64,000 bases of DNA. It comes from Camelus ferus (taxonomy: Eukaryota). The DNA lies in the NCBI RefSeq assembly GCF_009834535.1, contig NC_045697.1:1676001-1740000 (forward strand), in the 5' to 3' direction. Both the position numbers and the translations under genes were made by a program. The notes below the pieces were generated by a model. That model was not told the origin of the DNA, made no database searches, and saw only the letters and a list, made by a program, of their open reading frames with translations. Shown here piece by piece: positions 48,701-60,945 of this stretch (positions are counted from its first letter, which is position 1; the number at the start of each line of letters is the position of its first letter).

Positions 48701-51700
48701 CCTGTATTAGCTGCATTGTAGGAAAGGAACTCAGTAGACATCTGATGAAGTTACCCTTTGGCTTCTACTTCAGTTGCATTTGAAAAGCTGTGTGGGATCG
48801 TGGACCCAGTGTGGATGAAGCCTTACAGAATTTGAATTCTTCCCTCTACCTCAATAGTTTGAAATGGCACCATTTTGATTAAGTAACAGTTAATACATGT
48901 ATATGCAGTTTGAGGCATAATTTTTCTTTGTCTAAATTTGTTTTTGGCCATTTTTTCCATATGGTTTGAAACTTTCATAGTTTTCCCCTTTAAATATCAT
49001 TTGGAATTTTTAAAGGCTTCAGAGGTTACTCGGATATTAACACAGGAAGTTCCTATGTTGGTGGTGATAATGGGAAATAAATTATATATGCTAGAAACTA
49101 TTTTTTCATGTATTTTTGAAACCAGTTGTAGTTATGACAGAGGTGAGAAATTTTCACTTACTTGTCACCAACTATAAAAAGCTGCTTACTCACATATAGA
49201 ATGTCCATAGGCCTGGCCAGGACACTCACTTTGGTCCTAGGCCTGACAGTAATCAGAGCTACCCCTTAATGTGTGTTCACTCTGCTAGGTGCTCTCCAAA
49301 CAGGGTTTCTGAGTCTGACGGCCTCCCTCAAGATTGCCATTACAATGCCTGTTTGCGGATTAGGAAACTGAATCCTGGGGAGAACATAAGCAGCTTGTCC
49401 AGGGGCACACGCAGTAGGCGGTGCTGTGGGCTTCAGACTTGGCCTCAGCCTGTCTCCAGACACACACAGGCTGCTGCGCTCTGCTTGTGGCTCCTTATGT
49501 GCCCGGGGCCGTCTTCTCCCTTCTCTGAGCCTCAGTGTTCCTGCTTTAAAATGAAGGGGTCACATTTAAACTGCTGCAGAGACCTTTACAACGTCAAGTC
49601 AGAAAGGCGCGGTTCGTCAGCCCCGTGCGAGTGCCTGCGCGCCGGACGGCAGTGTCAGCTGCTCGGACCGCGCGAGCTCGAGCTCGTACACCCGGCCTGC
49701 GTCGCCGAGTGAGCGGGGTGGGCTGGGTTCCTGATGGCTTCAGGCTCTCAGGCCTGTTGTGTCCTGTTCTTGGCAGTAAACTTGGCCTGTCTCTCCCTGA
49801 GGTGAGGAGGGAGGTGCTTCCCTGTCCCCTTGATTCCTCAGAGAAGGGAGTGTCCCTTTGTGCTGAGAGGCCAGGGACTTCCTGCTCTCAGTCAGATGCA
49901 AGTATGTAGCCGCTCCGAATCGAGGCCGATGTAGGTTTAACGAAATACTGTTATAATTAGCCAGTACTGATTTAAGAAATCCTCAATCCTCAATCATAAA
50001 TGAGGTGAACAGAATCACTTTGCAGGCCCGACTGTGAGGGCCCACTTAACCCTGTCCGTTCTCAACTCAACTCACTGTCGCTGCCTTAGGGCAGGACAGT
50101 CTCGTAGAACCTACGTTTTATCACGTGTAAGATCAAGGTAGAGCCACTCTATTAAAATTCTTGACAGAGTGTGTATTAAAGTATCAGGTTTACAGACGCG
50201 TCTGATGCCGCCGTGCTGCTGGAGGCGCGAGCGCTGCGCGTTCTGCTCGCTCACCCCGCGGGGTGCTTGCTTTGTGCATGTTCCTAATGGTCTTTACCGT
50301 TTTCTCTCTTTCTATAAATTAAACTCTAAAAAAATGTATACATGAACAGTACTCTCCTAGCCGTCTCTGTCTTCCGTCCACCCAGATTCTCCTCACCGCT
50401 TACAAGTGTAAACCGCCATTTCAGGTTTCTCGTGTGGAATTCCTGTGTTTATGCAGATACCAGCAAATACGAGGTTTTTCTTAGCACTCGTCTTCCCCCA
50501 CCAAGAGGTGCTGAAAGTACACTGTTCTCAGTATCTCGCTTTTTTTTCGTTTGATAGTATATCCCTGTTTTTGTGACAGTGAGACCATCTAAAAATTTGT
50601 GCGCTCACAATTAACCATATAGCATAAAGGGTTTTCAGTCTCCCTCAGTGACATAGTTACTCCTCAGAGAATAGACCTTTGGCAGGTTTTCACTCAGACT
50701 AGTTCTTGTGATTCTGAATACTTCCTGCCTAGCCCTAGGCAGGAAAACCTGGCACCATCTTCAGAAGTCCCAGAAGTGGCTCACATTTCAGCCTTGACAT
50801 GTACAGAATGTGTATTTCTGAGCATGCTCAGCAGCTCTGTTGTTCTCACCTTATTAGCCCAGGCTGACTAGTATCTTCAAAGCTTCCTTTTATCATTTGT
50901 CTTCTACGGAACCAATTACTTCACAAGTAGGAACATTTAGTTCCTGACCATTAAATTCTGATAAAACTGCCTATTTGTTTTTGTGGTATTTTAATCTTCC
51001 TTACAGCTCTGCCAAGCTTTCCACCTTTTCTCCTCCCCAGAAGAACAAAAATGCAACTCAAACCCTACTTAGTAAGCCACCCTCATGGACTGAAACTCAG
51101 GAAAAGTTTTGTTTCAGTAAAACCATAAATTTTGAAAGTCTTTGTTACTTCAGTGGAAATACAATTAAAAATGGTCCAGCAATTGAAGGAAAGTGGCGGT
51201 ATTGTGAATGAGCAAAAGCAGAGAAAGTGGTTGACGCTGTCAGAGGGTCAAGCCGAATCCTCCTTTTTGTCCTGCATGCAGTTGTCCTGGGCGTGGACCT
51301 CAGGGCACGGGCCTCAGCGTGGTGACTGCAGTGCGGGCCTCCTGGACTGCGGTGGTGCTTTGTTACGGTGTGAGGCACCGCACATAGGATCGCTTCTCCC
51401 GGTTCCTCTCCTGACATATGAATTGTGGAATTTCTGCTTGAAAGCACTTGTTTAAGTGTATACCGGTTAATATTTGCTCCCTTGCCACTGACAATAGTGA
51501 ATGTTGCTTCAAATATATATATCTTTGAAGTGAGGATGAAAGCAACATTTTGTGAACCTAGTTAGTAATGGAGATGATTTTGCATTCCTTTCCACCATGC
51601 ATCCATTTAGCAGATGTTTCTTGAGGTCTGTTAGGTGCTAATTGGTTGGGGAGATACTGTGAGCTAGACGGAAGACCCCAGTGTGTCGACCTGCCCTTGG

Positions 51701-53686
51701 CTGGCATCCGCGTTGTGACTTCCCATGCGGCAGTTGATGGGTAAGCTTGGTTTTGAAATGAGTGGTCTTGGGACCGGGTCCTGATTCGGCCATTTATCTG
51801 TCTTGAGGCCTCAGGATCTTAGAATTCAGAGTCAGTCCTTCCTCTGCAAATCAGCAACTCTTGCAGAGTTGTTTGAGCCAGTCTGAGGGAAGTCTGTGTA
51901 GCTTATGGCGCTGTCCTTATAAAAGTCATGCTTGGTCACTCTTCTGGATCCCTTGCATTTTCTAGTTGCATTTTCCTCAGCTGGATTTGGGAAATCTTCG
52001 GTGTGGAGTTGGGGAGTCAGGAAGATGATGCTTATGGCTCTATCCTGTTTTCTCATTTTTCCCCCCAGGGTGCTCTCTGATACATTGTCTCATTAGATTA
52101 GGGAAACATTTTTACTTCATAGATGAAGACTTCATAAGTGTTGAAGTTATACACTGGAACGAATGGATCTGACCACTGGGACCTGACTTAGTGGCCTGTC
52201 CACTGCCCACTACTGACCCTTGAACTGGAGAATGCTCTGGTCAGCATAAGAAGACCATTTAGTGAGAAGCAATTAAGAGCGCAGTCTCTAAACCATAGTC
52301 TTAATTTCATATTCTTGCTTCTCCACTTATGGGAGTGTATTATTGTGAAGAACACACTGGAGGACTGACTAAATACTGTACTTGAAAGAAAAACAGCAGC
52401 AGGTATGTAGCTACGTAAAAACTTAATAAAACGTGGAAGATTGAGGCTGGCAACCTATTACCAAGCCATCATAAAGGAGAGAGCAAGCAGGAGGGCCCGC
52501 CCACATCTCTCCTGCTGGACGGAGCGCGTGAGTGGCAGCAAGGCCAGGAGGCCCTGCTCGATTCAGTTTTCCTTTCCTTTCTAACTTGCACGTGCTGGGA
52601 CACGTGGTGGTGAGAGGTGGTGTGAGGTATGGTTCAGAGCTCACCGCTCTGGAACCAGTTGGCCTGAGTCTGACTCCAGCAACCCCACTAGACGGCTGAA
52701 CGGCGTTGTGCCGCAGCTTCCTTATCAAGTGTAGGAAAAAAGGAGTTAATACACGTACAAATGAGGTTTAGATCAGTAGTTAGCGCTCCGTGAGCAGTAC
52801 TTTTTCTAAAGGGAACTTGGAGCAGTTTCATCTGAAAACATCTGGAGACACAGGAATAGACATGATCCGATCAGAGGCATTAAAGGCTTTCACTGTGCTC
52901 CGAGGCCCCAGGCGGGCGCACTCGGCTGGAAGCTGTGACAGGAACCTTGAGCAGAAGGTAGGTGTGTGTGTGGGTCCTTTCGGGAAAGTGGAGAACCAGG
53001 CTAGTCACGTGGGCCGTGAGAGGTTACAGCTCGTTGCGGTGTGTTCTGGTTTATTTGGGAGAGGGCTCCAGTGTTGGGTGCCTTTCTGTCACTAGCTGTG
53101 AGAGACTCCCCTTCCACTGAGTGGCGCAGTCCCCTTCCAGAGTTGTAGGTTCTGAGAGCCTGGAATGAATTTCTGGCCGAGCCTTCTTGTCTCCCCACCC
53201 GCGGTGCCGGACAGGGTGTGGACTGTCTGTGCAGCACTCTTCTCAGCCCTCTGCCTGCCCTTAGCCATCAGCGCTGGCTCCTCCAAGCCTTTTTAAAATC
53301 TTGTCACTCTTTCCAGCTAAGGCTTTTTTTTTTTTAGCCTGTTTTCTAGCTTTATTAAGGTATAATTGACAAAATTGTCCTATGTCAAAGTGTGCAAGGT
53401 GATGATTTGGTATGTGTGTGTCATCGGGAAATAATCCCCCAAATCCAGTTACTGAACACGTCCGTCCCTCACATGGCTGCCTTGCTCTGCTCTGTTCTGT
53501 TTTTGGTGAGACCGCTGTCTGTTTGAGGGTGTCCTGATGATGCTGTTTCTTTCTGGGTGCAAAGCTCATGAGCCCTCCCAGAGATGTTCATTCGCCAGGC
53601 GACTGCCACCTGCCCCAAGCCAGCCTGGAAGCACCTGCATAGCTCTAAAAGCGTCTCTTTTGTGAAGCTTTCCTGACAGCCTGTTC

Positions 53687-54130
53687 TGTTAGTGCTCTGG
53701 GGCTGCCACAGACTGGGCGGCTGCAACAGCACAAGTTGATGGTCTGCATTTGGAGACCAGAAGTGCGAGATCAGGGCTCAGCAGGGCTGGTCCCTGAGTT
53801 GTGAGGGAGCCGCTGGGCCAGGCCTGTCCCCCCGCTGCTGGTCTGCCGGCCATTTTAGGAGCCCCTTGGCTTGTCGATGCAGCACGTAAGCTGATCTCTG
53901 CCTCCATCTTCACGTGGCATTCCTCCTGTGTGTGTGTGTCTATGTCCAAGTGTCCCTTTTTTATAAGGACACCAGTCCTATTGGAGTAGGGACCCATCCT
54001 GCTCCAGTGTGACCTCATCTTAACTAATGACATCTGCAGTGACCCTGTTTCTGGATAAGGTCACATTCTGAGGTGCTGGGAGTTAAGGCTTCAGCATGAA
54101 TTTCGGAGGCACACAGTTCAGCCTGTATAC
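53687..54130 (-). mobile_element. MLT1 (MaLR) solo LTR
   Basis: ctctgcctccatcttcacgtggc...ttataaggacaccagtcctattggagtaggg...gacctcatcttaactaatgacatctgca...aggtcacattctgaggtgctggg. Confidence 0.88.
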
Positions 54131-55790
54131 CCTTCTCTCTGCTTTTTCTGCCTCCCTCTGGACACTTTCCGCCTGCTCATGTGTAAGTAGATTTCTGTCA
54201 CGGCACCAGGAGTGCTTGATTACATCTGGGTAGCGTCTCCTCATTTTGTAACTGTTTTATCTCTGGTGCCTTGCACGTAATGTGGAAAGGAGCTCCGGTG
54301 GAGGTATGTTAAGTCCCAGGAGTTGGTAGAAATGAAGGAAGACACTGCGGAGGGCACCTCTCCCCTTGCTCTCCTATTGACAGTTCCAGCAGCTGTCAGG
54401 AGTTGGGCGTAAGGTGGCCCAGGACACCAGCAGAGGCTACCACTTTTATTACCACATGAGCATATTTGATGCCTCTTGGTTTATTTCCCATGGACTGGTA
54501 ATTCATTACCACCTGGCAGCCTTTTTGCTTTCTGAGGTGTGTTTTAAGAGCACTTAGAAGCTGACAAGACCCTCTGGATCTTCTAGCTTACGCTTTACCC
54601 AGAGAATTTTGTTAATGGTCACTTTCTTGTTTCAGCTTTTGGTTTGAATGTTCGGTTTTTAGGGATTCAAAAGTAAATCATGTGAATGGTTGGAATAGTT
54701 CGCAAAATGTCTGTGCCAGGAGGGAGATGCCAAGAAATAACTGACTCTGCCCCAGAGCTTCAGAGTTAGCTCATTAGATACGTTAGGGAAGCAAAAGTTT
54801 GTCTGGTCTCTGATCTGAGGTTTAGTTGCACGTCAGTGAGGATGAACTGCCCCGGGGCTGGAGTACCTTGGCTGCGAAAGGCACGCTTTTATTTCAAGTA
54901 AGTCACATGGTGGGCAGAGTGGTTTCTTCTGGGATGTTAGTAGAAGAGGATGGTTAATCTTAAGATTTCCGTTCACCCCGGTGTCAGTCTGAAGCGTGTG
55001 CTGAGATGTGCTCACGTGACGGCAGTGGAGACCAGCGTACGTAAGGTCTGGAGGCACTGTTTTCTTGGAGCAAGGAAGATCCTGGAGTATTTCAGAGACA
55101 CAGAATAGAACTGTATCGTGAACCCTGTTTTATCCTTCATCCATCTTCCACAGTTGCCTTGTGGCTGGTCTTGTTTATTTGTGTAATGCATACTCTCTCC
55201 CTCAACCCTGTCTAAGTTTAGCCAACTCCAGATCTGTAAATACTTCTGTATGTATCTGATGCAAACATAATAATATTACACCTAAATTTTTTCACACTAG
55301 TTCCTTAATGCCATCCAAGTCCAGTTAGTATTCAGATTTCTAATTGTCTCAAATGCCAGTCTTACATTTTTACGTTGTAATTTATTTGAGTCAGGATCCA
55401 GCTAAGGGCCTCCTGTCACCCGTCATGCTTTAATCAGGGAATGAGTGACTTGATGTGACTTACATTTTGAAACTCTGACTTCTCTGTGGAAAATGGATTG
55501 CTGTGGGGATTGTTAGGAGACTGGGAGTAGAGAAACCAGTTAGGAGACTGGTGGATGTCCAGGAGTGAGTGGTACTTACCCAGATGAGAGCAGCATGGGA
55601 GAGGCGGAGAGCGTGGATGAGGCGGAGAGCGTGGATGAATGTGGCCGCCACACGGGCGGGCGGGGCTCATCTGTCTCGGTTCCTTCAGACTTCTGGATTC
55701 TGGAGGGGGTAGTGTTTGTTTATTTGAAAGTCTTGTCCCCGGAGATTTCATTGATTTGGGTGGTGAAGTCTTAAAATTTTTACACAAGTT

Positions 55791-56018
55791 GGGCGCGGGG
55801 AGTGGGAAGGGATAGACTGGGATTTCAAAATTTGGAATAGATAAACAAGATTATACTGTACAGCACAGGGAAATATACGCAAGATCTTATGGTAGCTCAC
55901 AGAGAAAAAACGTGGCAACGAATATGTATATGTTCATGTATAACTGAAAAATTGTGCTCGACACTGGAATTTGACACAACATTGTCAAATTATTATAAAT
56001 CAATAAAAAATGTTAAAG
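55791..56018 (+). mobile_element. Young 5'-truncated LINE-1 3' end with 17-bp target-site duplication
   Basis: gggaagggatagactggga...tatactgtacagcacagggaaatata...tcaataaaaaatgttaaa; flanks aaatttttacacaagtt (55774) and aaatttttacacaggtt (56019) at a TT/AAAA site. Confidence 0.88.
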
Positions 56019-57469
56019 AAATTTTTACACAGGTTAAATTATAGTGGCTTTATGGAGTACTGGGCTGGAGGAACACTAGTCCACACTGGTCTTGAATGAG
56101 TTTATTCAACTTTAATACAGCTCATCTGCCATTGTATCATCTTGTCTGTGTGTGAATAAATGATAATACTGATAACTATATATAGTAGAATAGGAAATTT
56201 ATAGCTTTTCACTTAAACATTATAATCTTTTATGTATATTGTATTGAAGAATCTTCGTAGTTTCATAATACTGTATTGAGCAGATCGTGTTACAACCATT
56301 CATGTACCGTTGGACATTGGTCTTTTTGAATTATTTTATTGTTTAATTACTCTAAGTACTGTTGCAGGAAATTTTCTTTGCATCTGTAGTTTTCTGTTTC
56401 TTTTTAAAAAATTTGGACTAAATAACTTCTTTGTAGAGATCGTCACAGAAAAGTCTGCTGTCTTAACACACACTTGAAGACTACACCCGTGAAACCTGGA
56501 GCCATAATTGGCGAAAATCCAGTGCAGGTTTTGTGCTTTGAAAGTAGAATTACGCTTACTGTTGGTTATTGGGCTCAGAATGTGTGTACTTTGACTTTAA
56601 GTTTATAGGCTTCCTTGTTGAGGGAATGGAATGCGTGCATATCTGGTCTTCAACCTTTATCTTACCCCATTCACGTGGCAATCTGTAATGAAAAGAAAGC
56701 ATTTCTGCCTTATCTTTAACATGTTGGTTTTACAAAGATTCTTTTCTTTCCGTCAGCTGTGGGAACCAGGAAGCAGCTGTAGTTGCCTCTAAAATGTTCC
56801 CCTTTGTCCTTATTTACTGATGAAAATGGCTTAAAATTGGAACTCATTTAGTAATAGAGAACTCGTAATACTGTGTATCCTTTTGTCTTTTTTGTTTTTT
56901 TGGAAACAATGAAGTGGAACATTTTTATCGTTGGCTCAGAATGGCCAGCTTCACTTACATCTAATGAAGAAACGTGTCACAACCATTAGTGTTTCGTTCT
57001 TTGGGTCATTTCTTTCAGAACAAACTAGGTTGAACAGATGAAACTACACATTTTCAGGGCTCTGTTCAGAGAAGAGGAAGTCAGGTGGCGGCTTACTGAC
57101 CCTGGGCTGCCTGTAGTCCTTGGCTGCTTTGTGCTGTCGTCTTTGTCCTCGAAGCAGTGTCACTTTAATCAGCTGTTACTTATGTACTATCTTTAGATTT
57201 CAGGAAAGCAATGTCCAAATTGGTCTTTTCTTTAAATTTTCTTTCTTCTATTCATTCTTTGGCTATTAGTACAGCAGAATATTTTTAAAAATTTAAAAAT
57301 TGTACACAATTTTTCAAGGTTGCTTTCCATTTACAGTTATTATAAAATATTGGCTGCATTCCCCGTGTTGTACATACATCCTGAGCCCGCCTTACGCCTG
57401 TGAGTTTGTACCTCCCTCTCCCCAATGGTTTTGATAAACAAACTGTCCTTTAAAGCCTTGCTGTTCATG

Positions 57470-57610
57470 TTGTGCTCCGAGTTCAGTGGCATTCGTATCA
57501 CTTGGGAGCTCCTGAGACGTGAAGAATCTCAGGCCCCACCAGACCTACTGGATGTGAATTTGTCTTTTAACATGATTCCCAGGCAATTCAAATGCACATT
57601 AAAAAGCTAA
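57470..57610. mobile_element. MER5A-like hAT DNA transposon fragment
   Basis: atcacttgggagct...aggccccaccagacctactg...ttttaacatgattcccagg...aatgcacattaaa. Confidence 0.7.
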
Positions 57611-58264
57611 CAGTGCCAGCCCCAGATTCCCAAGGTTGGGTCCTGCTGGTCAGGGCACCTTTGCGCCTGTGCCCTCAAGCCCGTCCCTTGGGGACATTGT
57701 TTCCCCTTGCTGCCTCTTCTGCTGCCTCCACCAACCATCATCATCATCGTCATCATTTTTTGCAGTGTGGCTCAGAGGTTAAGAACAAAAGCTCTGCAGC
57801 CAGACGGCCTGTGTTAGAATCCCAGCCCTTTTGACTTCCATCTGAGTGACCTAAGTCCCCTGGTCTGTAACGTGAGAAAGCCAGAGCAAGTGGACAAGCC
57901 GAGGAGGTGAGAGGACGGAGTGTACGTAAGGAGCCGTGTCTGGCATTCAGGTCTGGCTGCTGTCACTCGCCTTCCTTTGTCATGAACAGTATTTTAGTTA
58001 CCTGCTGCAGCAGGACAAACCATCTCAGGACCTTGCAGCTTAAAGTAGTTATTTTATTCATAGTTCATGATTTTGCGGGTCAGGAGTTTAGGCAAGGCTC
58101 AGCTGGGCAGCTCTGCTCTGTGTGGCACCCACCAAGGACGCTTGAAGACTTTCAGGCTTTTGATTATTTTAATTAAGTTCTATATTCTGGATGTAAATAT
58201 CTTCTCAGATATATGATTTGCACATACTTTCTTCCATTTTATGGGTTGTTTTTTCACTTCCTTA

Positions 58265-58595
58265 TTTATTTATTTATTTTTTAGATTCCACATATGAGCA
58301 ATTTCATGTGGTATTTTTCTTTCTTTTCCTGGCTTTCTTCACTTAGAATGACATTCTCCAGGAACATCCATGTTGCTGCAAATGGCATTGTCAGTTTTTA
58401 TGGCTGAGTAGTATTCCACTGTATAAATATACCACATCTTCTTTATCCAGTCATCTGTCGATGGACATTTAGGCTGTTTCCATGTCTTGGCTATTGTAAA
58501 TAGTGCTGCTATGAACATTGGGGTGCAGGTGTCATTTTGAAGTAGGGTTCCTTCTGGACATGTGCCCAGGAGCGGGATTCCTGGGTCCTATGGTA
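58265..58595 (-). mobile_element. Young LINE-1 fragment nested in an older L1 (~58170-58830)
   Basis: ttttagattccacatatgag...ccatgttgctgcaaatggcatt...ttatggctgagtagtattcc...tagtgctgctatgaacattggggtgca; flanks tttcacttcctta (58252) and tttcactacctta (58596). Confidence 0.85.
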
Positions 58596-60097
58596 TTTCA
58601 CTACCTTATGTATCCTTTGAAGCACAAATGTTTTTACTTTTGAGGAAGTCCAGGTTATCTCTTTTTTTCTTGTTGCTGTCTTTTTGGGGTCATGCAAGAC
58701 TTTGCCTAACCCAGGGTCTTGTGGATTTACTCCTTTACTTTCTTCTAAGAATTTTATAGTTTATGCAGTTACATTTAGGTCTGTGTTCCATTTGGAATGA
58801 ATTTTTGTATGTAGTGTAAGGGGCACCACTTACTTTTTTAGTTGCTGATTTAACCTTTTAAAAAAAAAACACACCTACTTTGCTTATCCTCTGTGGCTTG
58901 AGGAACTGTTGTTCACTCACTCGTCGTTGAAACTCTGTCTGTGGCTTCTGAGACTTTCTCATCTTGTCTTCTGGTCCTTTCCTTCTTGTTCTTAATGTAT
59001 TCAGGTATTTTAATTTAGATACTGTTATATGATGGAAACTGTTCTGGGTGCCTGTTCTGCCCTCCTCTTCCCAATTTGTATTCTTCTGCTGGCCAGTTTC
59101 CTCTCCTCTCCTGGCTTTAGCCAGCGTCTCTGTGCTAGTGAATTCCGGTCAACAGCTCTGCCTTTCTCAGTGAGTCTGTCTCCCCTGTGAGACTGTTAGA
59201 CTGTGAGTCCAGCTTCCCTAAAGTGAGGACCACATCTAATTAATTTTGTGGCCAGCGGTGACTGTCATACCAGATGCTCAGTAGATACCGTATATATGTT
59301 GTTAAAGCTGTCATTTAGTGTTTTATAAAAACAGAATAGAAATTGAACTATTTGTATGATTAGTAAAGGTGCTGTTTAGAGATTTAGTAGTTAAAAGATG
59401 AATATAATTTAGTGCATTTGAGCATCATTTCAAATAAAAGATGGCGATTAAAAAGAATGTAAATTAAGTAGCCATATTAGCAGATTTTTAAATTTGAGCC
59501 ATTTGGGCATCTTTTGAGGTTATTTACAACCCAGGGCGTGGTGACATTTTCAGTACCTGCTGTTACTGTTCTTTGAACCAAACTGGTGATGTTGATGAGG
59601 AACATTTCCCGTTTGTGTGAATATAGATGTGTGAGCAGCTTCTCTCCTGTTGCTCAGCCTGGGGAATCCTGTGCAAAATCGCCACCAATACTTTTTGGGA
59701 AAATTAGCATAAATCAAATTTTTCTGGAAATGAACTCTGCTGCTGTTAGAAGACCCTGTCTGTGTGGGACACATGATGACTTTCGGCTGTCTGACGGTCA
59801 AAATTTTCCTAAGTTTGTCAGAGGAAATAGTAGTTTTGTGGGATTGTTCTGTTGTCGCTGAAGAAGAGCAAGGGCAGAACTGCCATGGCTGGTGGGAGGG
59901 TGGGAGATGGCTGGTCAGCCACAAAGAGGTCTCACACGTCATGGCTCTGGCCGATGGCCAGGGTCACTCAGGGCGTCCTTGGGCTGAAGATGGTATTTAT
60001 CAGGCTGATGTGCTCATTGTGAAAGGCTGCTGGACATTGATTCAAAAACAATACTTTCTTTTATTTTGATTCTGTAGGAACCTAGAAAGATTGTGCA

Positions 60098-60292
60098 ATG
60101 AATGGTGATACTCGGGCGGCAGTGGTGACCTCACCACCCCCGACCACAGTCCCTCACAAGGAGAGGTATTTCGACAGAGTGGATGAGAACAATCCAGAAT
60201 ACTTGCGAGAGAGGAACATGGCCCCAGACCTTCGCCAGGACTTCAACATGATGGAGCAGAAGAAGAGGGTGTCCATGATTCTGCAGAGCCCC
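60098..60292 (+). CDS. ADD1: ADD1 (alpha-adducin) exon 2 coding part ([65 protein letters not shown]); exon starts at 60078
   Basis: tgtag acceptor at 60077, gtaaga donor at 60293; recognisable alpha-adducin N-terminus. Confidence 0.97.
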
Positions 60293-60799
60293 GTAAGAGG
60301 AGCCTTTCTCTAACCGCGTGTCCTCCTCCTCCTTCCCTCCTTCAGCCCGTCTGCTCTGCTGTGTGGTCACAGTCAGTTTATCTCACACAGCAAGTCAGCG
60401 CCAAGGGCTCGGAAAGGTTCAGCTTAGTTCGAGTTACCAGACACAATAAGCGGAAGTCTTCAGTGTCATAGAGGGCAGGAGGTGTCACTTCTCCTTTTTA
60501 CCCTCACTGCTTCTCTGGAATCTTTAAATGCTGGGACCGTTTAAAAACGACTGATTCCTCCTAAACGCCTGGCCTGGGGCTGGGCCCCTAGTAGGTCTAG
60601 ACGGCACCCGGTCATGGGCGGCTTTCACCATGGCTGCGCGGCGTGCCGTGCCTTGGCCGCGCCCCGGGCCGGGCGGCGCTGCTCTCGGGCTCTCGCGCTG
60701 AGACTGCTGCCCCTGTGCGCATCACTCTCTTTCTTTTTAACCTGTTCTTGTTTTGTTTCCTGAATATTTTGGGGTGTCATTTGACAGATAATTCATGGA

Positions 60800-60945
60800 G
60801 CTTTTTAAAAATTTTAATTTATTTTTTACTTTATACTTTTTTGGGGGGGTTATTTGTTTACTTTTAGAGGAGGTACTTGGGATTGAACCCAGGACCTTGT
60901 GTCTGCTAAGCACGCACTCTACCTCTGAGCTGCACCCTGCTCCCT
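60800..60945 (-). mobile_element. tRNA-derived SINE (Vic-1-like)
   Basis: gaggaggtacttgggattgaacccaggaccttgtgtctgctaagcacgcactctacctctgagctgcaccc. Confidence 0.85.

Noticed and set aside
60102..60128. Out-of-frame ATG overlapping the ADD1 start (ATGAATGG), encoding MVILGRQW*
   Set aside because: Simple consequence of the Met-Asn-Gly codons; 8 codons long, downstream of the main ATG, no evidence of use.
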